From Firmicutes bacterium HGW-Firmicutes-9 (lineage in GTDB: Bacteria > Bacillota > Clostridia > Christensenellales > CAG-138), in assembly GCA_002841395.1 (NCBI GenBank), contig PGZM01000003.1:130554-194553 (forward strand): 64,000 bases of DNA, written 5' to 3'. Positions 10,837 through 20,573 of this stretch are shown here, one piece after another. Under the pieces are notes generated by a model that worked only from the letters and a program-made list of their open reading frames with translations, did not search any database and was not told the DNA's origin. Within the stretch, counting starts at the first letter, position 1, and every line of letters begins with the position of its first letter. The position numbers and the translations under genes are program-made.

Positions 10837-11070
10837 GATGTGTTCCTTATTTTGTACTAAATTAATCATATTATACAAGTTTTAAGTTAAGAAGTAAAGT
10901 TATTTATGTAGGATTCGCATTTTTTACGTATCCATACGGATTGTATCTTGACAAAACCCTAGAATCTAGTATCATATAATTAAGCTAAATTAATCTCCGT
11001 TCTAAACTTAGATAAGTGCAAAAATTTAGTTAATCCCAACATTCAACGTGGACGAAAGGATACAAACACG

Positions 11071-12387
11071 ATGGCTGAAATTTTCTCGGGCATTTCTAAA
11101 ATTAAGTACGAGGGCCCTGCAAGCAAGAACCCGCTTGCGTTTAAGTTCTATGACGCAGACCGCGTCGTCTTTGGTAAACCCATGCGCGAGCACCTGCCCT
11201 TTGCGATGGCCTGGTGGCACAATCTCTGCAACGCCGGCAAAGATATGTTCGGCGATGTAACGGTGGATAAGAGCTTTGGGGCGACCAAAGACACCATGGC
11301 GCACGCCAAGGCGAAGGTCGACGCAGGGTTTGAGTTCATGCAGAAGGTCGGCATCCAGTATTTCTGCTTCCACGATGTAGACCTTGTGCCCGAAGCGGAC
11401 GACATCAACGAAACCAACGCGCGCCTCGACGAGATCACGGACTACATGCTCGAAAAGATGAAGAACACGGGAATCCAGTGCCTCTGGGGTACGGCGAACA
11501 TGTTCTCTAACCCCCGCTTCATGAATGGCGCGGGCAGCTCCAACTCCGCAGAAGTGTTCTGCTTTGCGGCGGCGCAGGTGAAGAAAGCGCTGGAGCTGAC
11601 GGTCAAGCTCGGCGGACGCGGCTACGTCTTCTGGGGCGGCCGTGAAGGCTACGAAACCCTGCTGAACACCGACATGAAGTTTGAGCAGGAAAACATCGCG
11701 CGCCTGATGCGCATGGCGGTCAACTACGGCCGTAGCATCGGCTTCAAGGGCGATTTCTACATCGAGCCCAAGCCCAAAGAACCCATGAAGCACCAGTATG
11801 ACTACGACGCGGCGACTGCCATCGGCTTCCTCCGCGCCAACGGTCTCGACAAAGATTTCAAACTCAACATCGAAGCCAACCACGCAACCCTCGCGGGCCA
11901 TTCCTTCCAGCACGATCTGCGCGTCAGCCGCGTCAACGGCATGCTCGGCAGCATCGACGCAAACCAGGGCGACCTGCTGCTGGGTTGGGATACGGACGAA
12001 TTCCCCTTCGACGTGTACGAAGCCACGATGTGCATGTATGAAGTGCTCAAGTCCGGCGGACTCACGGGCGGCTTCAACTTTGATGCGAAGACCCGCAGAC
12101 CCAGCTACACCTATGATGACATGTTTGAGGCGTTCATCCTCGGTATGGACACCTTCGCGCTCGGCCTGATCAAAGCAGCCGCGCTGATCGAAGACGGACG
12201 CATCGACGAGTTTGTTGCGGATCGTTATGCGAGCTATAAGGAAGGCATCGGCGCGCGCATCGCAAGCGGCGAAGCCACGCTGGAAGAATGCGCAGCCAAT
12301 GCAGCCGCGGCGAAAGCCCCGGCGATGCCTGGCAGCGGCAGACAGGAATATCTGGAGAGCGTTGTCAACAGCGTACTCTTCAGCTAA
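11071..12387 (+). CDS. xylA: Xylose isomerase
   Basis: [46 protein letters not shown]. Confidence 0.97.
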   Translation: MAEIFSGISKIKYEGPASKNPLAFKFYDADRVVFGKPMREHLPFAMAWWHNLCNAGKDMFGDVTVDKSFGATKDTMAHAKAKVDAGFEFMQKVGIQYFCFHDVDLVPEADDINETNARLDEITDYMLEKMKNTGIQCLWGTANMFSNPRFMNGAGSSNSAEVFCFAAAQVKKALELTVKLGGRGYVFWGGREGYETLLNTDMKFEQENIARLMRMAVNYGRSIGFKGDFYIEPKPKEPMKHQYDYDAATAIGFLRANGLDKDFKLNIEANHATLAGHSFQHDLRVSRVNGMLGSIDANQGDLLLGWDTDEFPFDVYEATMCMYEVLKSGGLTGGFNFDAKTRRPSYTYDDMFEAFILGMDTFALGLIKAAALIEDGRIDEFVADRYASYKEGIGARIASGEATLEECAANAAAAKAPAMPGSGRQEYLESVVNSVLFS

Positions 12388-12452
12388 GTGTTGTTCCAAC
12401 AAACCAATAGGGCGGCGGTAACGCCGCCCAAATTTTACGTGAGGTGAACAGA

Positions 12453-13928
12453 ATGTATTACATCGGCATCGATCTCGGCACTTCCGCGCTGAAAACCCTG
12501 CTCATGGACAGCGAGGGCGCTGTTCTCAACATCGCCTCCCGCGAGTATCCGCTGGAGTTTCCGCATCCCGGCTGGTCCCAGCAAAAGCCGGAAGACTGGC
12601 AAGCGGCTGTGTTTGCCTGCATCCCCGAACTCACGAAGGACATCGACCGCTCTCAGGTCGCCGGCATCGGCGTCGGCGGCCAGATGCACGGCCTCGTGGT
12701 GCTGGATGAGAAGGACGCGGTGATCCGTCCCGCGATCCTCTGGAACGACGGGCGCACGGCAAAAGAGACCGACTATCTGAACAACGAAATCGGCAAGGAC
12801 AAGCTCTCCGAATGGACGGGCAACATCGCCTTTGCGGGATTCACCGCACCGAAGCTGCTCTGGATGCGCAACAACGAGCCGGAGAACTTCAAGAAGATTG
12901 CGAAGATCATGCTGCCGAAGGATTACATCGCATATCTGCTCACGGGTGTGCACAGCACCGATTTTTCGGATGCGTCGGGCATGCTGCTGCTGGATGTGAA
13001 AAACCGCCGCTGGTCGCAGCCGATGCTGGATATCTGCGGTATTACGGAAGCGCAGATGCCGAAGCTGTTTGAAAGCTACGAAACCGTCGGCACGCTGACG
13101 CCCGCCGTCGCGAAAGCGTTGGGCTTGCCGGAGAAGGTCAAGGTCTGCGCGGGCGCGGGCGATAACGCGGCAGCAGCCATCGGCACCGGAACGGTCGGCG
13201 AAGGCAGATGCAACATCTCCATCGGAACCTCCGGCACGGTGTTCATCAGCAACTGCGCGTTTTCCGTGGACAGCCACAACGCGCTGCACTCCTTTGCGCA
13301 CTCGGACGGCAACTATCACCTGATGGGATGCATGCTCTCCGCGGGCTCCTGCAGCAAGTGGTGGATGGAAGACATCCTCGACAGCAAGGACTACAAAGGG
13401 CTGGAAGCGCCGATCACCGACGACAAGCTCGGCACAAACCACGTCTACTTCCTGCCGTATCTGATGGGCGAGCGTTCGCCGCACAACGATCCCGCTGCGC
13501 GCGGTACGTTTATCGGCATGACGATGGATACCAGCCGCGCCGACATGACGCAGGCGGTGCTCGAAGGCGTCGCGTTCGCGATTCGCGATTCCGTCGAGGT
13601 CGCAAAATCCCTCGGCATCCCGATCGACCGCAGCAAGATGTGTGGCGGGGGAGCGAAGAGCAAGCTCTGGAAGAAGATGTTCGCAAACATCCTAAACATG
13701 GAGATCGACACCATCACCTCCGAAGAAGGCCCTGGCCTCGGCGGCGCGATGCTGGCCGCGGTTGCATGCGGCGAATACGACTCGGTTGAGGAGATCGCGG
13801 AGAAGATGGTGCACGTCAACGCGACCGTCAAGCCCGATCCGGAGATTGCGGCGCGCTATGAGGCGCAGTATCAGAAATTCGTGAAGATCTATCCGGCGGT
13901 GAAGGAAATCTTCCCGCAGATCGGATAA
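12453..13928 (+). CDS. xylB: Xylulokinase
   Basis: YIGIDLGTS, GQMHGLV, AILWNDGR, GAGDNAAAA, LPYLMGERSPH. Lies directly after xylA. Confidence 0.95.
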   Translation: MYYIGIDLGTSALKTLLMDSEGAVLNIASREYPLEFPHPGWSQQKPEDWQAAVFACIPELTKDIDRSQVAGIGVGGQMHGLVVLDEKDAVIRPAILWNDGRTAKETDYLNNEIGKDKLSEWTGNIAFAGFTAPKLLWMRNNEPENFKKIAKIMLPKDYIAYLLTGVHSTDFSDASGMLLLDVKNRRWSQPMLDICGITEAQMPKLFESYETVGTLTPAVAKALGLPEKVKVCAGAGDNAAAAIGTGTVGEGRCNISIGTSGTVFISNCAFSVDSHNALHSFAHSDGNYHLMGCMLSAGSCSKWWMEDILDSKDYKGLEAPITDDKLGTNHVYFLPYLMGERSPHNDPAARGTFIGMTMDTSRADMTQAVLEGVAFAIRDSVEVAKSLGIPIDRSKMCGGGAKSKLWKKMFANILNMEIDTITSEEGPGLGGAMLAAVACGEYDSVEEIAEKMVHVNATVKPDPEIAARYEAQYQKFVKIYPAVKEIFPQIG

Positions 13929-14045
13929 TCTCGTACAAACGCAAAGCGCTGCCCATATCGGGTAGCGCTTTTTTGCATCTTTCGCGTATAATAACGCAAA
14001 GAGCGCAATATCTTACAAGATTCTAAGAACGGTACGAGGTATTCT

Positions 14046-14915
14046 ATGGCAATGAAGCAGGCCACAAAGGGCGAAAAGCGCATCGCGCGGTATGACCCGG
14101 AACTGATGGTGGAAGCGTATCAGTTTCAAAGCGTGATGCAGGCGTTTCCGAACCATTTTCACGAGCACTATGTGATCGGGTTTATTGAACGCGGAAACAG
14201 AAACCTCAAGGTGCGCAAAACCTGCCATTATATTGTGCCGGGCAATCTGCTTCTATTTAATCCGGGCGAGAACCACTCTTGCGAATCGCGCGACGATCAA
14301 CCTCTGGATTATCGCTGCATCAACATTCAGCCGGATGTGATGGCGAGAGCCGCGCAGGAAATCTTCGGCATCGCTTGCCAACCCATGTTTGAGCAGCCGG
14401 TTGTTTATCAAAGCGACCTGATCCCCGAACTACGGGAGCTGCACAGCATGATTTTGCAGGGCGAAAGCGGCGTGCGCAAAGAGGAACGTTTCTACTTTCT
14501 GCTGGAGCAGCTTTTGCGCGAATATGCCGCAACGAGCGGCGCAGAAGAGGCGGAGCCGCTGCGCGCGGAAGTGCAGGCGGTTTGCGATTATATGACCGCG
14601 CATGCAAGCGAGCAGATCTCGCTGGACACGCTGGGCAGGATCGCGGGGCTGAGCAAGTATCACCTGCTGCGCGCCTTCACCAAGGAGACAGGCATCACGC
14701 CCTATAGTTATCTGGAGGCGATTCGCATCAACCGCGCCAAGATGCTGCTGCGCGACGGTACATCACCAACAGACGCCGCTTTGACGGTTGGATTTTCAGA
14801 TCAGAGCCACATGACAAATGCATTCAAGCGCTTCATCGGCCTCACGCCGGGACAATACCGCCGCGTGCTCGCCGAAAACCGCGCAGAAGATAAGGAAGAA
14901 CAAAGCCTCAAATGA
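14046..14915 (+). CDS. AraC family transcriptional regulator
   Basis: Cupin motif HFHEHYVIG and C-terminal double HTH (LSKYHLLRAF...GFSDQSHMT..FKRFIGLTPGQY). Confidence 0.93.
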   Translation: MAMKQATKGEKRIARYDPELMVEAYQFQSVMQAFPNHFHEHYVIGFIERGNRNLKVRKTCHYIVPGNLLLFNPGENHSCESRDDQPLDYRCINIQPDVMARAAQEIFGIACQPMFEQPVVYQSDLIPELRELHSMILQGESGVRKEERFYFLLEQLLREYAATSGAEEAEPLRAEVQAVCDYMTAHASEQISLDTLGRIAGLSKYHLLRAFTKETGITPYSYLEAIRINRAKMLLRDGTSPTDAALTVGFSDQSHMTNAFKRFIGLTPGQYRRVLAENRAEDKEEQSLK

Positions 14916-15337
14916 ATGGATCGGAACAAAAATGCGTCGTCGTGATCGACAACTCCCTGCCGCTAGGGCTGATCGCCAACACCGCGGCAATCCTTGGCAC
15001 TACGCTTGGCGCGCGCCTGCCGCAGATGGTCGGCAGAGACGTTTGCGACGCCACGGGCAACACACACTGCGGCATCAACACCGTACCGACGACGGTGCTG
15101 CAGGCGGGCGAGGAACTGTTAAAAACGATACGCACCAGGCTGTTTGAGCCAGAGTTTTCGGATGTGCTCGCGGTGGATTTCTCGGATGTCGCACAGCGGA
15201 TTCACATCTATGAAGATTATCTCAAAGAGGCGGAAGAAACGCATACGGACGCGTTTCAATACTTCGGCATCGCGCTCTACGGCGACAAAAAGAAGGTCAA
15301 CCGCCTGACGGGCATGCTGCCGCTACTGCGCGCATAG
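14912..15337 (+). CDS. DUF2000 family protein
   Basis: KCVVVIDNSLPLGLIANTAAILG and GIALYGDKKKVNRLTGMLPLLR. Overlaps the AraC stop codon. Confidence 0.8.
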   Translation: MNGSEQKCVVVIDNSLPLGLIANTAAILGTTLGARLPQMVGRDVCDATGNTHCGINTVPTTVLQAGEELLKTIRTRLFEPEFSDVLAVDFSDVAQRIHIYEDYLKEAEETHTDAFQYFGIALYGDKKKVNRLTGMLPLLRA

Positions 15338-15451
15338 GCGCGATGCATTGTCCAGACGCAGCCAAATGTGATACAATACGGAAGCGAGTTTCCGACGCAA
15401 ATTCGAACGGGCAAGCCGCGCTTGTCCGCTTTTTATTCTTGAGGTGAGGCA

Positions 15452-16267
15452 ATGGATACAAGACCCATCGGCGTGTTTGATTCCGGCATGGGCGGGCTGA
15501 CCTGCGTGCGGCAGATGATCCGCCTGCTGCCCGGCGAGGACATCGTCTATTTCGGTGACACGGGGCGCGTGCCATACGGCGGACGCTCGGTAGAGACCAT
15601 CGTGCGCTATGCGCGGCAGGATGTCTCGTTTTTGCGCAGTTTCGACCTCAAGGCGATCGTCATCGCCTGCGGAACCGTGTCTACAACCGCGTTGGACGTG
15701 CTCAAAGGAGAGAATGACCTGCCCATCCTCGGGGTGGTGCAGCCCGCGGCGAAAGCCGCCGTAAAGGCTTCCAAATCGGGCAACATCGGCGTGATCGGCA
15801 CCAAGGCGACCATCCGCAGCGGCGCATATGAGGCGGCGATCCGCGCGCTGCTGCCAGAGGCAACGCTCACCGCAAAGGCCTGCCCGCTGCTCGTGCCGCT
15901 TGTGGAAGACGGCCGGGTGCACCGGAGCGATCTCGTCACAGAGCGCGTGGTGGAGGAGTATCTTGCCCCCGTGAAAGCCGCTGGCGTGGATACGCTCGTG
16001 CTCGGCTGCACGCACTATCCGCTGCTGATGGACGTAATTTCGGACTATATGGGCGCTGGTGTGACGTTGATCGACACGGGCGAAGAAGCGGCGCGCGCAG
16101 CTGCTGCGCTGCTGACGAACGAGGATCAACTCAACGATCCCGCGAGAAACGGCTTACGCCGCTATTATGCGAGCGACAGCGCGGAGGATTTCGCCGCGAC
16201 CGCGAAGCTTTTCCTCGGGAAAGACATCTCCGACCGCGTCGAGCGCGTCGCGATTGAGAACTATTAA
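15452..16267 (+). CDS. murI: Glutamate racemase
   Basis: PIGVFDSGMGGL, DTGRVPYG, IACGT, LGCTHYP (both catalytic Cys present). Confidence 0.96.
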   Translation: MDTRPIGVFDSGMGGLTCVRQMIRLLPGEDIVYFGDTGRVPYGGRSVETIVRYARQDVSFLRSFDLKAIVIACGTVSTTALDVLKGENDLPILGVVQPAAKAAVKASKSGNIGVIGTKATIRSGAYEAAIRALLPEATLTAKACPLLVPLVEDGRVHRSDLVTERVVEEYLAPVKAAGVDTLVLGCTHYPLLMDVISDYMGAGVTLIDTGEEAARAAAALLTNEDQLNDPARNGLRRYYASDSAEDFAATAKLFLGKDISDRVERVAIENY

Positions 16268-16297
16268 TTCTGTGATTATAGATTAGAGATATTAGTA

Positions 16298-16327
16298 AAG
16301 AAGCAGGCAACACCTGCTTCTTTTTTT
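16298..16327 (+). terminator. Intrinsic terminator after murI
   Basis: AAGAAGCAGG-caaca-CCTGCTTCTT followed by a T-run. Confidence 0.85.
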
Positions 16328-16333
16328 GTGCGG

Positions 16334-16459
16334 TTGAAAAAATCGAACAAAGTGTCTATAATAGTTAGGACTACTAACGATTATACGCGTTTCGAGGGCG
16401 GGAGCAATCCCTTTTTCGGAGGCGCAGTATGCTTCCAAATTAGTTAGTACTGCTAACGA
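16334..16459 (+). promoter_or_regulatory. Promoter plus two GTTAG-N5-CTAAC palindromic operator candidates
   Basis: TTGAAA (16334), 17 bp, TATAAT (16357). Palindromes at 16364-16378 and 16443-16457. Confidence 0.6.
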
Positions 16460-16598
16460 ATTGAAGTTTCGTTGATATTCGCGTTGTATGATGCGCAAGA
16501 ATCCGGCGGCACAGCAATTTTTCATGATTTATCCTTCCTTTTGCCGGAGACAGGTTACGCATAGCAATCAACAGCAAAACAGGAGAACGACAAAACAA

Positions 16599-16805
16599 AT
16601 GGCAAAATGGACGATTCAGGCAGAACGCTGCAAAGGCTGCGGTCTTTGTGTGGATGCCTGCCCGAAGCAAATTCTCCGCATCGACCCGGACGTGATCAAC
16701 CACAAAGGCCACTCGCCAGCGCAGATGACAGATGAAACCCGCTGCACCAAGTGCGGATTCTGCGTGCTGATGTGCCCGGACTGCGCGATCACCGTCGAGC
16801 GATAA
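16599..16805 (+). CDS. 2x[4Fe-4S] ferredoxin, delta subunit of 2-oxoacid:ferredoxin oxidoreductase
   Basis: CKGCGLCVDACP and CTKCGFCVLMCP. Start MAKW behind AGGAG. Confidence 0.9.
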   Translation: MAKWTIQAERCKGCGLCVDACPKQILRIDPDVINHKGHSPAQMTDETRCTKCGFCVLMCPDCAITVER

Positions 16806-16815
16806 GGAGGAAACA

Positions 16816-17880
16816 ATGCAAGAAACTATCCTGATGAAGGGCAACGAAGCCCTCGCGGAGGCGGCGATTTTAGCGGGATGCAGACACTATTTCGGTTATC
16901 CCATCACGCCGCAGACGGAGATCGGTGCCTATTTATCCAAGCGCATGCCGGAGGTCGGCGGCGTGTTTTTACAGGCGGAGAGCGAAATCGCGGCGATCCA
17001 CATGGTGTACGGCGCGAGCTGCGCGGGAAAACGCGCGATGACCAGTTCCTCCAGCCCCGGTATCTCGCTCAAAAGCGAGGGGCTATCCTATCTCGCCGGA
17101 AGCGATCTGCCCGCGCTGGTGGTCAATGTGCAGCGCGCGGGTCCGGGCCTCGGCGGCATTCAACCGTCGCAGTCGGACTACATGCAGGCCACGCGCGGCG
17201 GCGGGCACGGCGACTTTCGCAACATCGTGCTGGCGCCCGCAAGTGTGCAGGAGATGGCCAGCCTCACGCAGCGCGGTTTTGACCTCGCGGACGAATACCG
17301 CATGACGGCGATGATCCTCTCCGACGGCACCATCGGTCAGATGATGGAGCAGGTGACGCTGGAAACGCCCGTGCCCAAGCTGGTGGAAAAACCCTGGGCG
17401 CTGACGGGTACCGGCGGAAAGCGCGAGAAGAACATCGTTACCTCGCTGTATCTTTCGCCGAAGGAACTCGAAGAAAAGAATCTTACCCGTTTCGCGCGAT
17501 ACAAGCTCGTAGAAGAGCGTGAGACGGACTATGAGGCGTTTTGCATGGAAGACGCGGAGATTTGCCTGATCGCATACGGCATCTCGGCACGTGTCAGCAG
17601 AAACGCCGTGTCTGCCGCGCGCGCAAAAGGAATCCGCGCTGGGATGATTCGCCCGATCACGCTCTGGCCGTTCCCAAGTGCGGCGTTGAAACAGGCGGCA
17701 AAGACCGTTAAACACTTTTTATCCGTGGAGATGTCCATGGGGCAAATGATGACGGATATCGAGCTTGCGGTGCGCTGCACGCGTCCCGTGACGCTGGTTT
17801 CGCATGTGGGTGGCGTGATTCCCACGCCGGAAGAAGTGCTGCTCGCCATCGAGCGTGCGGCAGAGGAGGCGGCGGTATGA
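16816..17880 (+). CDS. vorB: 2-oxoacid:ferredoxin oxidoreductase alpha subunit (VorB-like, probably branched-chain 2-oxoacids)
   Basis: MKGNEALAEAA, FGYPITPQTE, QAESEIAA, TSSSSPG, QRAGPGLGGIQPSQSDY. Confidence 0.85.
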   Translation: MQETILMKGNEALAEAAILAGCRHYFGYPITPQTEIGAYLSKRMPEVGGVFLQAESEIAAIHMVYGASCAGKRAMTSSSSPGISLKSEGLSYLAGSDLPALVVNVQRAGPGLGGIQPSQSDYMQATRGGGHGDFRNIVLAPASVQEMASLTQRGFDLADEYRMTAMILSDGTIGQMMEQVTLETPVPKLVEKPWALTGTGGKREKNIVTSLYLSPKELEEKNLTRFARYKLVEERETDYEAFCMEDAEICLIAYGISARVSRNAVSAARAKGIRAGMIRPITLWPFPSAALKQAAKTVKHFLSVEMSMGQMMTDIELAVRCTRPVTLVSHVGGVIPTPEEVLLAIERAAEEAAV

Positions 17881-18629
17881 GCAAAACCAACAAGCCGCAC
17901 TCCATGACGGAAACGCACACGCACTATTGCCCGGGCTGCACGCACGGCATCATCCACCGGCTGGTGGGCGATGCCATCGACGCGCTCGGCATCGAAGAAC
18001 GCACGATCGGCGTGGCTCCGGTCGGCTGCTCGGTGCTGGCTTACAACTATTTCAACCTCGATATGACCGTTGCCGCGCACGGGCGTGCGCCCGCAGTCGC
18101 GACGGGGCTGAAGCGCGCAAATCCGGAGAGCATCGTGTTTGCTTATCAGGGTGACGGCGACCTCGCCAGCATCGGCATGGCAGAGGCGGTGCATGCGGCA
18201 GCACGCAACGAAAACATCACCATTATATTCGTCAACAACGCGGTCTACGGTATGACAGGCGGGCAGATGGCGCCAACTTCGCTGCCGGGACAGCTCACGC
18301 AGACGTCGCCAAACGGGCGCGACGTTGATCTGTGCGGTCTGCCGGTTAAGGTTTGCGAAATGCTTTCGCAGCTGGACGGTCCAGCCTATATAGCGCGCGT
18401 TGCCGCGAACTCACCCAAGAATGTGATCGCCGCGAAACGGGCGATTGAGAAGGCGTTTCGCAATCAGGTGGAGGGCAAGGGTTTCTCGCTCGTCGAGGTG
18501 CTGTCCTCCTGCCCGACCAACTGGGGTAAATCGCCGAAAGACGCGCTCAAGTGGATGGACAGCACGATGATTCCGTATTATCCGCTCGGCGTATATAAAG
18601 ACACAAGCAGAAGGGAGATCGATTCGTGA
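17877..18629 (+). CDS. 2-oxoacid:ferredoxin oxidoreductase beta (TPP-binding) subunit
   Basis: HYCPGCTHG, VGCS, GDGDLASIG...NNAVYGMTGGQ, SSCPTNW. Confidence 0.9.
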   Translation: MSKTNKPHSMTETHTHYCPGCTHGIIHRLVGDAIDALGIEERTIGVAPVGCSVLAYNYFNLDMTVAAHGRAPAVATGLKRANPESIVFAYQGDGDLASIGMAEAVHAAARNENITIIFVNNAVYGMTGGQMAPTSLPGQLTQTSPNGRDVDLCGLPVKVCEMLSQLDGPAYIARVAANSPKNVIAAKRAIEKAFRNQVEGKGFSLVEVLSSCPTNWGKSPKDALKWMDSTMIPYYPLGVYKDTSRREIDS

Positions 18630-19231
18630 AAGAGCAAAAGAATACAACGCAACAAGTTCTGATTGCCGGATTCGGCGGACAGGGCGTCCTCTTCCTTGGG
18701 AAACTCATCGCGCACGCAGGTGTGCTGTTGGGGAAAAATGTCACGTGGCTGCCGTCCTACGGGCCGGAAATGCGCGGCGGCACCGCCAACTGCGCGGTCA
18801 TCTTGAGCGATGAACCCATCGGCTCGCCGATCGTGAGCGAACCGGATGTGCTGATCGCGATGAACCTTCCTTCGCTGACGGCATATCAGCCTCGTGTTTG
18901 CGCAGGCGGCGAGATCATCTATGACGCGTCGCTGGTGCACGAATCTCCCGCGCGGGAAGATGTTACCGTCCGCGCGTTGCCCGCAACAAGGCTTGCTACC
19001 GAAGCGGGAATGGATGGGCTTTCCAACATGATTCTGCTGGGCGCATTTTTGAGTGACTGTCTGCATTTGACGCAGGAGCAACTACGGCAAGCGCTGGAGC
19101 ATACCGTGCCCGCGCACAAGGCGCATCTGATCGAGGCAAACCTGCACGCAATCGCGATCGGCAAACACGAGCTGGCGCTGGCGGGGCAGAACGCTACGGT
19201 GCGCACAGAGAGACCGCGCAGAGCGGGATAA
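18626..19231 (+). CDS. 2-oxoacid:ferredoxin oxidoreductase gamma subunit
   Basis: [28 protein letters not shown]. Confidence 0.9.
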   Translation: MKEQKNTTQQVLIAGFGGQGVLFLGKLIAHAGVLLGKNVTWLPSYGPEMRGGTANCAVILSDEPIGSPIVSEPDVLIAMNLPSLTAYQPRVCAGGEIIYDASLVHESPAREDVTVRALPATRLATEAGMDGLSNMILLGAFLSDCLHLTQEQLRQALEHTVPAHKAHLIEANLHAIAIGKHELALAGQNATVRTERPRRAG

Positions 19232-19239
19232 TCGACTAT

Positions 19240-19278
19240 AACGACGCGTCTGTTTGATAACGGGCGCGTCGTTTTTTT
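19240..19278 (+). terminator. Intrinsic terminator after the oxidoreductase operon
   Basis: AACGACGCGTCTGTT...AACGGGCGCGTCGTT followed by a T-run. Confidence 0.75.
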
Positions 19279-19325
19279 GTGCGTTGAATTTGATGATATT
19301 TCATGGCATGCGTCATAAAAATGGA

Positions 19326-19364
19326 TTGACAAACCGTGTGAATGCTGATATCATTCAGAAAATT
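19326..19364 (+). promoter_or_regulatory. Promoter with an overlapping CodY-like box
   Basis: TTGACA (19326), 17 bp, TATCAT (19349). ATCATTCAGAAAATT (19350-19364) matches the CodY consensus AATTTTCWGAAAATT at 12/15 positions. Confidence 0.6.
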
Positions 19365-19371
19365 TCATAAC

Positions 19372-19657
19372 AAAAGCTGTGACGAAGACGGACGGACAGG
19401 CCGCGTTTAGAGAGCCGGAGAGGGTGGAAACCCGGCGGTGCGCATGTTCAAGATCCCATCCCTTCCGAGCTGAAGACTGGAAAGGCGCGCTGAAAAGCGC
19501 AGCGCCGTGTAGAGCCTTCCGTAGATGCCGCGTCAAGGCATAGGGCTTGTCAGAGCCTGCTGAGCGGCACAGAAATGCGCAATTTGAGTGGTACCGCGGG
19601 GAATGCGATCGAACCGATCACCCGTCTCAAGAGGATATCTTGCGACGGGTTTTTTTG
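19372..19657 (+). ncRNA. T-box riboswitch leader, probably Ile-specific
   Basis: Stem I with GA motif (GCTGTGACGAAG...CTTCCGAGC), AGAGAG and GGTGGAA elements, T-box AATTTGAGTGGTACCGCG (19581-19598), and terminator ACCCGTC...GACGGGT plus T-run. ATC triplets occur in the specifier region. Confidence 0.88.
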
Positions 19658-19733
19658 CACACTTAAATGGAGTATAATAATTTTGTTGAGCCATCATGAT
19701 GGATCAGACAGACGCAGATAAGGAGGCCGGCGC

Positions 19734-20543
19734 GTGAAGATTTCGTGTATTCAGATGAACGTGCGCGCGGGCAATCCGGAGGAGAACTACTCTCGCGCAG
19801 AACAGCTGATTCGAAAGGCTCTAACGCAAAGGCCGGATGTGATCCTGCTGCCGGAACTTTGGAACACGGGGTTTGCGCCGGGGAAGATCGATCCCGCGCT
19901 TGCGGATGACGACGGCACGCACACGAAAGACTTTTGCGCGGGGCTCGCCAAGCAATTCGGCATCAATCTCATCGCGGGCAGCGTGCTGACCAGAAAGAGC
20001 GGAATGCTCTACAACACGGCGTATGTATTCGACCGAACGGGCGATTGCATCGCGGAGTACGACAAGACGCATCTTTTCTCGCCATCCGGCGAAGGCGAAG
20101 CGTATGCAGCGGGCGAACAGATCGTCACGTTTATGCTCGACGGCGTCGACTGTGGCATCATGATTTGCTACGATCTTCGGTTTGCCGAGCTGGCGCGCGC
20201 AATGGCGCTCTCGGGCGCGAAAGTCCTTTTCATCCCCGCCGAGTGGCCGCGTCGGAGGACGGAGCAGATGCGCACGCTCCTGCGCGCCAGAGCCATTGAG
20301 AACCAGCAGTTCGCCGCGCTCTGCAACGGCTGCGGAACGGCATTCGGAACACAGTTCGGCGGCAGCAGCGCAATCGTCGACCCGCTTGGGAATCTGCTCG
20401 CAAAAGCAGGACGCAGAGAGAGAATCATCACAGCGGAGTTGAATTTTGAAGCCCAAGAACGAATTCGAAGAGAACTCCCGATATTTTTAGACCGCAGGCC
20501 GGAACTGTACGGTGCGATCAGCCAGACAGTCGACAGGCAGTAA
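19734..20543 (+). CDS. Carbon-nitrogen hydrolase (nitrilase superfamily, omega-amidase-like)
   Basis: Catalytic triad motifs LLPELW, YDKTHLF, ICYDLRFAE, plus RARAIENQ. Confidence 0.9.
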   Translation: MKISCIQMNVRAGNPEENYSRAEQLIRKALTQRPDVILLPELWNTGFAPGKIDPALADDDGTHTKDFCAGLAKQFGINLIAGSVLTRKSGMLYNTAYVFDRTGDCIAEYDKTHLFSPSGEGEAYAAGEQIVTFMLDGVDCGIMICYDLRFAELARAMALSGAKVLFIPAEWPRRRTEQMRTLLRARAIENQQFAALCNGCGTAFGTQFGGSSAIVDPLGNLLAKAGRRERIITAELNFEAQERIRRELPIFLDRRPELYGAISQTVDRQ

Positions 20544-20573
20544 ATACGATTGAATGAACAGAGGAGACAAGAG

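Noticed and set aside
11026..12402. 458-aa minus-strand ORF, and similar long ORFs opposite xylB, oadB, eno, the DUF5692 gene and the 40.9-42.7 kb membrane gene
   Set aside because: These mirror well-supported genes on the other strand and have no recognisable domains.
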